This document shows positions 28,214-41,112 of a stretch of 64,000 nt of DNA, piece by piece. This DNA is from Macrostomum lignano (Eukaryota): positions 27,534-91,533 of the forward strand of contig NIVC01001165.1 of assembly GCA_002269645.1 (NCBI GenBank). The letters run 5' to 3'. The notes under the pieces were generated by a model, which did not search any database, was not told the origin of the DNA, and worked only from the letters and a program-made list of their open reading frames with translations. Numbering within the stretch: position 1 is the stretch's first letter; each line of letters begins with the position of its first letter. Made by a program: the position numbers and the translations under genes.

Positions 28214-29224
28214 TTTTCAGCGCTTGTGGCTTACTCGGAAAATATTCCAATCTGGTTTTCTCTTCCAGAGAAAAAGCAAAATAATTGTGTCTCTATTGCT
28301 TGCGAAGGTCACCTGCTTGCTCGCCTACAAGGTAGTTTATAACGCGGTCTTATATCGAGCGAAGCAAATTCATTTAGCGCCAATGTACGCAACTTTGCGA
28401 GTGTACAAGTGAGTCCAGAGGGACAGAGAGGTTTATGGCGGAGTGTAAACAGTGAGTGTCCCACTCGGCGCTGCGGCTGTGCTGTTTTCCAGTGCAGCCA
28501 GGCACAATGCAGCCGCGACGGAGCTGCACGCGTTCGGTTCACGTGTTTCTCGGGGTTGGCGCTGGCAGTTTTGTATCTGAGTGGGGGTAGGGGGGGGGAG
28601 CAGCGCTGCGACAGTTGCTCTGGCAGAACTAAGTGAGACATGCATATCATATATACTAAAAATGAAATGTCTGTAACTATCTAGCTATGCGATAGATTTC
28701 AGAAAAAGTGGCTCAACCGATTTTCTTCAAACTTGCACCATTTGATCAGAAATTTTCCTGGGACGGTACATGCATCTTGGCTAAGAAATTGCTCAATTTT
28801 AAAGGGATTAAATATTCGAAAACATGCTTTTTTGCAAAGGTCAAGCAGCTCTTTCGACCTGAAATGAATTGTAAAAATGCGAAAGAAAAAACTGACTGAC
28901 TGAATTTCAATTGTGATAAAGATTGCATCACAACAAGATGAAAACAGTGTCGAAAAAATGCACACAAGACTTGATTGTAATTGCGTAACCATATTGCTAA
29001 CTTGAATTGAGACTGATACTGGCTGACTGAGAAATTGATTATGTCATAACTTTTTACTCTAACTGACTTGCTATAAGAATTGAATTATAAGGGCCACAAT
29101 ACATGTTCTCCAATTGAAAAGAGATAGCCAAGATGGGAACAGACTGGACTGCTAATGTAGCGACCTGGGTTCGAATCTTAGTAGTGCAAAAACATTTTTT
29201 TATTAAAACACTTTAAAACACAAA

Positions 29225-31040
29225 ATGCTAAACATAAAAGAAGCGCAATGTCAAATATAAAAGAGCCACCATGCCAAACAAAAAAAGTGCCACCATGTAG
29301 AACACAGAAGAGACACCATGTCAAACATAAAAGAGCCACCATTTCAAACATAAAAGAGCCACCATGTGAAACATATACGTGACTCAATGTCAAACATTAA
29401 AGAGCCACCATGTCAAACATTAAAGAGCCACCATGTCGAACATAACAGAGACAACATTTCAAACATAAAAGAGCCATCATGTCAAACATAAAAGAGCCAC
29501 CATGTCGAACATTAAAGAGCCACTATGTCAAACATAACAGAGACAACATTTCAAACATAAAAGAGCCATCATGTCAAACATTAAAGAGCCACCATGTCGA
29601 ACATTAAAGAGCCACCATGTTGAACATTGAAGAGCCACCATGTCAAACATTAAAGAGCCACCAAGTAAAATATAAAAGAGCTACCATGTCAAACATAAAA
29701 GAGCCACCATGTCGAACATAACAGAGACAACATTTCAAACATTTAAGAGCCACCATGTCAAACATAAAAGAGCCACCATGTCGAGCATAAAAGAGCCACC
29801 ATGTCAAACATAAAAGAGCCACCATGTCAAACATTAAAGAGCCACCATGTCAAACATTCAAGAGAAACCATGTCGAACATAACAGAGACAACATTTCAAA
29901 CATTTAAGAGCCACCATGTCAAACATAAAAGAGCCACCATGTCGAGCATAAAATAGCCACCATGTTGAACATTAAAGAGCCACCATGTCAAACATTAAAG
30001 AGCCACCATGTCGAGCATAAAAGAGCCACCATGTCGAACATAAAAGAGCCACCATGTCAAACATTAAAGAGCCACCATGTCAAACATTCAAGAGACACCA
30101 TGTCGAACATAACAGAGACAACATTTCAAACATTTAAGAGCCACCATGTCAAACATAAAAGATCTACCATGTCAAACATAAAAGAGCCATCATGTCAAAC
30201 ATAAAAGAGCCACCATGTCGAACATTAAAGAGCCACCATGTTCAACATTAAGGAGCCACCATGTCAAACATAAAAGAGCCACCATGTCAAACATTAAAGA
30301 GCCACCATGTCAAACATTAAAGAGCCACCATGTCAAACATTCAAGATCAGCCATGTCGAACATAAAAGAGCCACCATGTAAAATATAAAAGAGCTACCAT
30401 GTCAAACATAAAAGAGCCATCATGTCAAACATAAAAGAGCCATCATGTGAAACATATACGTGACTCAATGTCAAACATTAAAGAGCCACCATGTCAAACA
30501 TATACGTGACTCCATGTCAAACATTAAAGAGCCACCATGTCAAACATATATGACTCCATGTCAAACATATATGACTCCATGTCAAACATATATGACTCCA
30601 TGTCAAACATTAAAAATAAAAAAGACACCATGTCACACATAAGGGAGCCACCATATCAAACATAAAAGAGCTACCATGTCAAAACATTATTGAGCCATTA
30701 TGCCCAATATAAAAAGACACAATTTCAAATGTAAAAGGGCCGCCATGTCAAACATAGAAGAGCCACCATGTCAAACATAGAAGAGCCACCATGTCAAACA
30801 ACTAAGCCACCATGTCAAACATAACAGAGACACCATTTCAAACGTAAAAGGGCCGCCATGGCAAACATAGAAGAGCCACCATGTCAAACATTAAAGAGCT
30901 ACCATGTCAAACACAAAAGGGCCACCACGTCCAACATTAAAGAGCTATCATGTCAAACACAAAAGAGCTACCATGTCAAACATTAAAAAGCCACTTTTTT
31001 AAACAAAAAAGAGACACCATTTCAAACATAAAAGAAGTGT
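29225..31040. repeat. 23-bp satellite inside Helitron A
   Basis: CATAAAAGAGCCACCATGTCAAA variants. Confidence 0.95.
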
Positions 31041-31129
31041 CATGCCAAACAAAATGAAACCATTATAAAGCTAAGGAAATTGTTGCACTAGCTACTTGTT
31101 TTCTGGTGGATGCTTGCTATTTAAGGATG

Positions 31130-31620
31130 GATACTTGCTATCAGGGGGATGCTTGCTCTTGGGGGTGGAGAGTACTTGCTATCTGAGAGGGGGTTGCTAG
31201 ATATCTATAAGGTATCTTTGTATCCAGGTTATGCTTGCTATCAGGGGTTGCTTGCTGTCTGGGGGATGCTTGCTATCTGGGGGGGGGATGCTTGCTATCT
31301 AGGGGATGCTTGCTATCTGCGGGATGCTTGCTATCTGGGGGATGCTTGCTATCTGCGGGATGCTTGCGATCTGGGGGATGCTTGCTATCTGAGGAATGCT
31401 TGCTATCTGGGGGATGCTTGCTATCTGCGGGATGCTTGCTATCTGGGGGATGCTTGCTATCTGGGGTCTGGGGAATGCTTGCTATCGGGGGATGCTTGCA
31501 GTCTGGGGGATGCTTGCTATCTGGGGATGCTTGCTATCTGGGGGATGCTTGCAGTCTGGGGGATGCTTGCTATTTGGGGATCAATGCTTGAATGTTGTCT
31601 GAGGATGCTTGCTGTCTTGG
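31130..31620. repeat. 17/18-bp minisatellite inside Helitron A
   Basis: GGGGATGCTTGCTATCT variants. Confidence 0.9.
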
Positions 31621-32334
31621 GATGTTTTGTTTTTAAGAGGGAATGTCTGTTGTTTTTTCTGAAGGCTTTATTTCGCTGTCTATTTGTTATTTGTAAAAAA
31701 CAAGGATTCTATCCAGATGTCCCCCATCGGGGGGCAAAGATTGCTAGTCCAATATACTAAAAATGGTCTGTCTGTGTCTATCTATCTATCTATCTATCTA
31801 TCTATGTGATCGATTAGAGAAAAAATGGCTGGACCGATTTTGTTCGAACTTGCACTGTTCGATCAGAAATTTTCCCGTGACGGTACATGCATCGTGGCTA
31901 AGAAATTGCTCAATGCTAGAGGCATTAAATATTCGAAAAACATGCTTTTTTGCAAAGGTCAAGCAAACTTTTTGACTTGAAATGCATTGTAAGAATGCTA
32001 GAGAAAAAACTGACTGGTTGAATTCTGACTCTGAAATAGATTGCATCATAACTGAATTGTAACTCTGACTTGAATTGAAAATGCAGTGTGGAAGCCTAGC
32101 ACCAGACTTGATTTAAATTGCGTAACCATATTGTTAACTGATACTGACTGACTGAGAAACTGATTATGTCATAACTGCTTCGTGTGATTTACTCTATGCT
32201 TGGATTTTAAACTGTTGAATTATATATATATGTGCAAAATTTGATAAATGCAGCGACGATGGTTCGAATTTTCATAGAATATAATTTTTTCAATTAAAGC
32301 TTTTCAACGTCAGGAAAACTAAAAGACTTTTTAA

Positions 32335-35300
32335 AAAGAAGCGTCATGTAAAAATCATAGAAGCGTCATATAAAAATCATAGATGCGTCATTTAAAAAAT
32401 CATAGAAGCATCGTATAAAAATCATAGAAGCGTCATGTAAACAATCATAGAAGCGTCATGTAAACAATCATAGAAGCGTCATGTAAACAATCATAGAAGC
32501 GTCATGTCAAAATCATAGAAGCGTCATGTAAACAATCATAGAAGCGTCATGAAACAATCATAGAAGCGTCATGAAACAATCATAGAAGCGTCATGTAAAC
32601 AATCCTAGAAGCGTCATGTAAAAAATCATAGAAGCGTCATGTAAACAATCATAGAAGCGCCAAGTAAAAATCATAAAAGCGTCATGTAAACAATCATAGA
32701 AGCGTCATGTAAACAATCATAGAAGCGTCATGTAAACAATCATAGAAGCGTCATGTAAACAATCATAGAAGCGCCAAGTAAAAATCATAAAAGCGTCATG
32801 TAAACAATCATAGAAGCGTCATGTAAACAATCATAGAAGCGTCATGTAAACAATCCTAGAAGCGTCATGTAAACAATCATAGAAGCGTCATGTAAACAAT
32901 CCTAGAAGCGTCATGTAAACAATCATAGAAGCGTCATGTAAACAGTCATAGAAGCGCCAAGTAAAAATCATAAAAGCGTCATGTAAACAATCATTCAAGC
33001 GTCATTTAAACAATCATAGAAGCGTCATGTAAACAATCATTCAAGCGTCATTTAAACAATCATAGAAGCGTCATGTAAACAAGCATAGAAGAATGTAAAC
33101 AATCATAGAAGCGTCATGTAAACAATCATTCAAGCGTCATTTAAACAATCATAGAAGCGTCATGTAAACAAGCATAGAAGCGTCATGTAAAAATCATAGA
33201 AGCGTCATGTAAACAATCATAGAAGCGTCATGTAAACAATCATAGAAGCGTCATGTCAAAATCATAGAAGCGTCATGTAAACAATCATAGAAGCGTCATG
33301 AAACAATCATAGAAGCGTCATGAAACAATCATAGAAGCGTCATGTAAACAATCATAGAAGCGTCATATAAACAATCATAGAAGCGTCATGTAAAAATCAT
33401 AGAAGCGTCATGTAAACAATCATAGAAGCGTCATGAAACAATCATAGAAGCGTCATGTAAAAATCATAGAAGCGTCATGTAAACAATCATAGAAGCGTCA
33501 TGTAAACAATCATAGAAGCGCCATGTAAAAATCATAAAAGCGACATGTAAAAATCATAGAAGCGTCATGTAAAATCATAGAATCGTCCTGCCAAAATCGT
33601 AGAAGCGTCATGTAAAAAATCCTTGAAGCGTCATGTAAACAATCATAGAAGCGTCATGAAACAATCATAGAAGCGTCATGTAAACAATCATAGAAGCGTC
33701 ATGTAAACAATCCTAGAAGCGTCATGTAAACAATCCTAGAAGCGTCATGTAAACAATCATAGAAGCGTCATGTAAACAATCCTAGAAGCGTCATGTAAAC
33801 AATCATTCAAGCGTCATTTAAACAATCATAGAAGCGTCATGTAAACAATCATTCAAGCGTCATTTAAACAATCATAGAAGCGTCATGTAAACAAGCATAG
33901 AAGAATGTAAACAATCATAGAAGCGTCATGTAAACAATCATTCAAGCGTCATTTAAACAATCATAGAAGCGTCATGTAAAAATCATAGAAGCGTCATGTA
34001 AACAATCATAGAAGCGTCATGTCAAAATCATAGAAGCGTCATGTAAACAATCATAGAAGCGTCATGAAACAATCATAGAAGCGTCATGTAAACAATCATA
34101 GAAGCGTCATGTAAAAATCATAGAAGCGTCATGTAAACAATCATAGAAGCGTCATAAAACAATCATAGAAACGTCATGTAAAAATCATAGAAGCGTCATG
34201 TAAACAATCATAGACGCGTCATGTAAACAATCATAGAAGCGTCATGTAAACAATCATAGAAGCGTCATGTAAACAATCATAGAAGCGCCATGTAAAAATC
34301 ATAAAAGCGTCATGTAAACAATCATTCAAGCGTCATTTAAACAATCATAGAAGCGTCATGTAAACAAGCATAGAAGAATGTAAACAATCATAGAAGCGTC
34401 ATGTAAAAATCATAGAAGCGTCATGAAACAATCATAGAAGCGTCATGTAAAAAATCATAAAAGCGTCATGTAAAAATCGTAGAAGCGTCATGTAAAAATC
34501 ATAGAAGCGTCATGTAAAATCATAGAAGCGTCATGTAAAAATCATAGAAGCGTCATGTAAAATCGTAGAATCGTCCAGCCAAAATCGTAGAAGCGTCATG
34601 TAAAAAATCATAGAAGCGTCATGTAAAAATCATAGAAGCGTCATGTAAAATCATAGAATCATCCTGCCAAAATCGTAGAAGCGTCATGTAAAAAATCATT
34701 GAAGCGTCATGTAAACAATCATAGAAGCGTCATGAAACAATCATAGAAGCGTCATGTAAACAATCATAGAAGCGTCATGTAAACAATCCTAGAAGCGTTA
34801 TGTAAACAATCCTAGAAGCGTCATGTAAACAATCATAGAAGCGTCATGTAAACAATCCTAGAAGCGTCATGTAAACAATCATAGAAGCGTCATGTAAACA
34901 ATCATAGAAGCGCCATGTAAAAATCATAGAAGCATCATGTAAACAATCATAGAAGCGATATATAAAAATCATAGAAGCGTTATGTAAAAATGATAGAAGC
35001 GTCATATAAAAAATCATAGAAGGGTCATGTAAACAATCATAGAAGCGTCATATAAAAATCATAGAAGCGTCATGTAAACAATCATAGAAGCGTCATGAAA
35101 CAATCATAGAAGCGTCATGTAAACAATCATAGAAGCGTCATGAAACAATCATAGAAGCGTCATGTAAACAATCATAGAAGCGCCATGTAAAAAATCATAG
35201 AAGCGTCATGTAAACAATCATAGAAGCGTCATGTAAAAATCATAGAAGCGTCATATAAAAATCATAGATGCGTCATATAAAAATCATAGATGCGTCATGT

Positions 35301-35780
35301 AAACAATCATAGAAGCGTCATGTAAACAATCATAGAAGCGTCATGTAAACAATCATAGAAGCGTCATGTAAAAAATCATAGAAGCGTCATGTAATGAATC
35401 ATAGAAGCGTCATGTAAACAATCATAGAAGCGTCATGTAAACAATCATAGAAGCGTCATGTAAAAATCATAGAAGCGTCATGTAAAAAATCATAGAAGCG
35501 TCATGTAAACAATCATAGAAGCGTCATGTAAAAAATCGTAGAAGCGTCATTTAAAAATCATAGAAAGCGTTATTTAAAATAATCATAGAAGCGTCATGTA
35601 AACAATCAGAGAAGCGTCATGTAAACAATCATAGAAGCGTCATGTAAAAAATCATAGAAGCGTCATGTAAACAATCATAGAAGCGTCAAGAAAAAATCAT
35701 AGAAGCGTCATGTAAAAAATCATAGAAGCGTCATGTTAAAATCATAAAAGCGTCATGAAAAAATCATAGAAGCCTCATTT
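32335..35780. repeat. 23-bp satellite inside Helitron B (~3.4 kb)
   Basis: CATAGAAGCGTCATGTAAACAAT variants. Confidence 0.97.
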
Positions 35781-36695
35781 AAAAACTAAGGAAAGTGTCA
35801 TTTAAAAAATTAAGAAGCATCATGGTAGAATAAAAGAAGCGTCATGTCAGACATGAAGGGTGTCATGTAAAAATAAATGCAGCTATAATTCTGTGCTGGG
35901 GAGAAAAACTGAGACGTTAAGGCTCTCAGAGAATAACTGAGATTACGGGGGGGGGGTTGCTGAGATGTCAAAGCAAAAGTCAGAAGCTACTTCAAAGTTC
36001 ATGTACTTTACTCAATTTTTTTATTACATTCTTTGTTGGCTCGCCACGGGGGGGGGTCGCTGATAGAAGAAGAGTCATGTAAAAAATAAAAGTAGCACTA
36101 TGTATACATAAAAGAAAAGTCATGTCGAAGTTAAAAGATTCATTTGGGAATTGCTATGATGTCAAAGCTTGGAGGGAATCGTTACAGTGCTGTGATTCTT
36201 AAAGAAGGAATCACTAAAATGTCAAGGCTTAGGGGAGAAGAATTGCTGAGATTCAAGGCTTTAGGTTGGGTTAAAGTTAGGTTTAGGTCAGGTGTGGGTT
36301 GAGGGTTATATTTTATCGGGTTTCAAGGTTAACGGGGGATTTTTCAGATTTCAAGGTTTATGGAGGCCATCGCTGACATGTCAAGGCTTACGGGGGGAAT
36401 AGCTGAGATGTCAAGGCTCACGGGGGTATAAATGAGATTTCAAAGCTAAAGTCAGAAGCTACATGTAAACAATCATGTAAAGTTTATTGAAAACTTTTTA
36501 TTACATTATTTGATGCCTCCTCAGGGGAGGGATCGCTGATAAAAAAAGCGTAATGTAAAAAATAAAAGAAGCTTCATGTCGAAGTTAAGAGATTCATTTG
36601 GGAATCCCTACGATGTCGAGGCTTGCAGGAAATCGCTATAATGCTGTAGCAGTGCTATAATGACTCTTAGAGAGAATTACTGAAATGTCAATGCT

Positions 36696-36763
36696 TTAGG
36701 GTTAGGTTAGGGTTAGGGTTAGGGTTAGGGTTAGGGTTAGGGTTAGGCTAGGGTTAGGGTTAG
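36696..36763 (+). repeat. Interstitial telomeric (TTAGGG)n inside Helitron B
   Basis: ~11 near-perfect TTAGGG units. Confidence 0.9.
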
Positions 36764-36990
36764 AAGGTTGACAGATATTTTTAGATTTCCAAGGCTTATT
36801 GGGGGCATTGCTGAGATGTCAAGGGGGGGAGTTGATATGTTAAAGCTTGTGGTGGGGAATTACTGACATGTCAAGGCTTACAAGGTTTGACAGGAGATTT
36901 TTTAAGATTTCAAGGATACATGTAGCTTATTAAAAAAACGTGTAGCGATTGCATTTCTTTGGCTCCCCAACGGGGGGCGTAGATTGCTAG

Positions 36991-37217
36991 TCATATCTAA
37001 TAAGGCGTCGAAAGAGAAGCGCTCATAGCAGAGCAACAAGCACACAGTACTTGGGTTGGCGAGATCTCTCTAACGTTTGGTTAAACAATACTAAACTAGA
37101 GCTTCTTTGCTCAGCGGGGCTGGGGATTTCTACAATTTGAAAAATTTCACAGGCATCAGAATACATTGTTTCCTTTTAATTTTTCTTGTCAAGCAGCTTT
37201 TAACTATGGTTTTACTG
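36991..37217 (+). mobile_element. Possible 5' end of a third Helitron-like element (F)
   Basis: Starts TCATATCTAATAAGG directly after the CTAG of B and resembles A's TCATATATACTAA start. No 3' end identified. Confidence 0.35.
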
Positions 37218-38947
<1,730 letters not shown>

Positions 38948-38948
38948 G

Positions 38949-39214
38949 CAGTTCGTCTACCCCAGCGGTCTTGTTCCCGGCGTCCACGAGGATTTGCTGC
39001 GTCGCCGTGGGCTTGCCTGAGCTGCTTTTTGTTCTGTGAGGGCATTCCGAGGCCTTACCTGACCGCCAAAGGCGCGGCGTTGCTCCAGGCGGTGACGGTG
39101 ATCGAGACCGTCCTGCTGTACCACGCAGAGACCTGGACGCTGACGGAGTCGCTCGAGCAACAAGTTGACGCGGCGCACGCTGGCCTGCTGCGCGCCGCCT
39201 TCAAGATCGGCTAG
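38949..39214 (+). pseudogene. Degenerate non-LTR retrotransposon (RTE-like LINE) RT C-terminal fragment
   Basis: QFVYPSGLV...EDLLRRRGLA*AAF, then after a frameshift VLLYHAETWTLTESLEQQVDAAHAGLLRAAFKI. Resembles the F.YLGS / R...A..AF / LLYG.ETW motifs after the RT palm. Has an in-frame stop and a frameshift. Confidence 0.75.
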
Positions 39215-40920
39215 TGGCTTTGAAATTTGTCGGAATTGATTGGAAATTTCGCTGTATGAGCCATAGATAGGAGGACAGAAAAAGCCAATTCATAGCCAAC
39301 TGTCGGAATTGATTGCAAAATTGTTTGAATTGATTGCAAAGTGTCGATTTCTCGTGGTAGGTTTGTTTGCTTTGTTTGAAAATTGTCGCTTTTGAAAGCA
39401 CATTAGTCGGAATTGAATGCCGAGTGAAGACTCCAGTTTATGGAGTGAACTACCATAAACTGTCTGAATTGAATGAAAAGATTTTGACTTTGATTGCACG
39501 CTTGCCAAAATAGAATGGAAAAAGGTGTAGCTTTTCAAGACCGGACTACCTTAGACAGAGCTTAGCTGCATACGGCCCATAATCTTCTATGCTTGAATAA
39601 ACTCTGTGCCACTCGAACATTAACGCTAAAGTGCCGACAGATTCGTTCAAACTACGACACTGGCCTTGAGGCGCGCCCCGTGACGCTAACTGCGTATTGT
39701 TGTTCTATTGTTGAGACAGCATTTTAAAGATGGCCATTTTCTGGCCTCTGACTTGTTTGATAGCTCCACAGATAGCCTGATATCTATACTTTTTCATTTA
39801 GTATATGATTTCTTCCATAGACAATGCTCGAATTGCCTATGGTATATTGCTAATTGGCAATGACAATTCGAGCATTGTCCATATCAAAAATCATATATAT
39901 AGACAACTAATCATTGCAAGAGCCGGTTCAGAGAGTCGCAAATCCCAGGGTTTAATTATTGTTTTAACTATAAAAATTTTTAAACAGTCAAAAGCAAGTA
40001 CAGTTAGATTTTTTGAGATATTAAAAAGAATTTACCAGAATGGTTTTTATTTTTAGAGTTCGTTATAAATCATATATTCTAGTTTTATAAGCCACGTGCT
40101 AGGTTTAACTTTCTAAGAAACTGCGACGTTCGTTGTTTGTCTTGTGAGGTCAGAGGTGATGCTGATAGTACTTTGCCTTTGTCATAATACTATTAGAAGC
40201 GGTTATAGAGTAGGCCATAGTATATCCTAGTGTCACAGAAACACTGTCTCCGATGACTGATGCTTTAGCCTTCTTTAACTTTACATTCTTATTTACTTAG
40301 ATTATAGGTAGGCCTAGCTGACTGACTGGATACCCCTGGCCTTACACACATACAACACAACACAACTGAGCACATCACAGGCCCACCTGCTTGATACAAC
40401 CATACTATAGTCTAGAAAATTTGTGACATTAAATTTAAATACTGAATCACCTGATAAACATTTAGTAGGCCCCTCAATTTCATAGCATAGGCTGTAGCCT
40501 GTAGCTATGGCTAGGTATTACTACTAGGCCTACTCTATCATAAGTGTAAGTTTAAGAAAGTCATGATAATAGATACAAATATTATTAAACTTTCCAAAAA
40601 CTTTTTGTGCTTGATTTTTAGGCCCAATCATTGTTACTGAGATACTGACAACATATTGGCTTAGGAAGTTAGGACCATTGCATTAGGCTATAGGCCTAGC
40701 CCTAAAGATTAGCAAAGTATTTTATTGTTACAAATTAACATAATAGGCCTATCAGGCCTGGGCCTATTGCTATAATTAACTTTGGCCTAGCTCTAGCTAG
40801 GTTAGCCTTTAGGCTTTGCTTTATTAATAATAAGCCTACTCACTTAGATCTTTTACCTTTCTTGACTAGGCCCCTAAGTAAATAGACTTGAACTTTAAAG
40901 AACAATTAAACCTATAAAGA

Positions 40921-41112
40921 ATGCTCAAGCTTATTGGAAAGCTAGTAATTCTTCTTTGTTTTGGTTGTTTGGCTGGTTATTGTTTGTTATTATACCTTGA
41001 TCTTAGGTCATATGCTGTTTTAAAGAATTTTGAGCTACAAAACAAAAATTCAATATTAGAGAAATATAAAGCATATGAATGGAATTCAAAGAATATTCTT
41101 GTATTTCTACAG
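40921..41112 (+). CDS. TMEM62: TMEM62 exon 1 (signal anchor)
   Basis: ATG, hydrophobic LIGKLVILLCFGCLAGYCLLLYL, ends KNILVFLQ with donor CAG|GTAAGT in phase 0 with LSDIH. Confidence 0.75.

Larger units (their letters stand above)
28647..31747 (+). mobile_element. Non-autonomous Helitron-like element A (~3.1 kb)
   Basis: A|TCATATATACTAAAAAT 5' end, AACCGATTTTCTTCAAACTTGC core, 3' hairpin GTCCCCC-ATC-GGGGGGC, 8 nt spacer, CTAG|T. No RepHel ORF. Confidence 0.8.
31748..36990 (+). mobile_element. Non-autonomous Helitron-like element B (~5.2 kb), head-to-tail with A
   Basis: TCCAATATACTAAAAAT 5' end. The first ~430 bp are clearly homologous to A. 3' hairpin GCTCCCC-AAC-GGGGGGC, then GTAGATTG-CTAG|T. 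Confidence 0.8.

Noticed and set aside
27608-28342. 244-aa plus-strand ORF
   Set aside because: Antisense shadow of the TMEM272-like CDS.
29121-29186. Functional tRNA-Ser gene
   Set aside because: The acceptor stem and the variable arm needed for Ser do not pair. Treated as a tRNA-derived remnant.
36696-36763. True chromosome end
   Set aside because: Short arrays embedded in flanking sequence on both sides.
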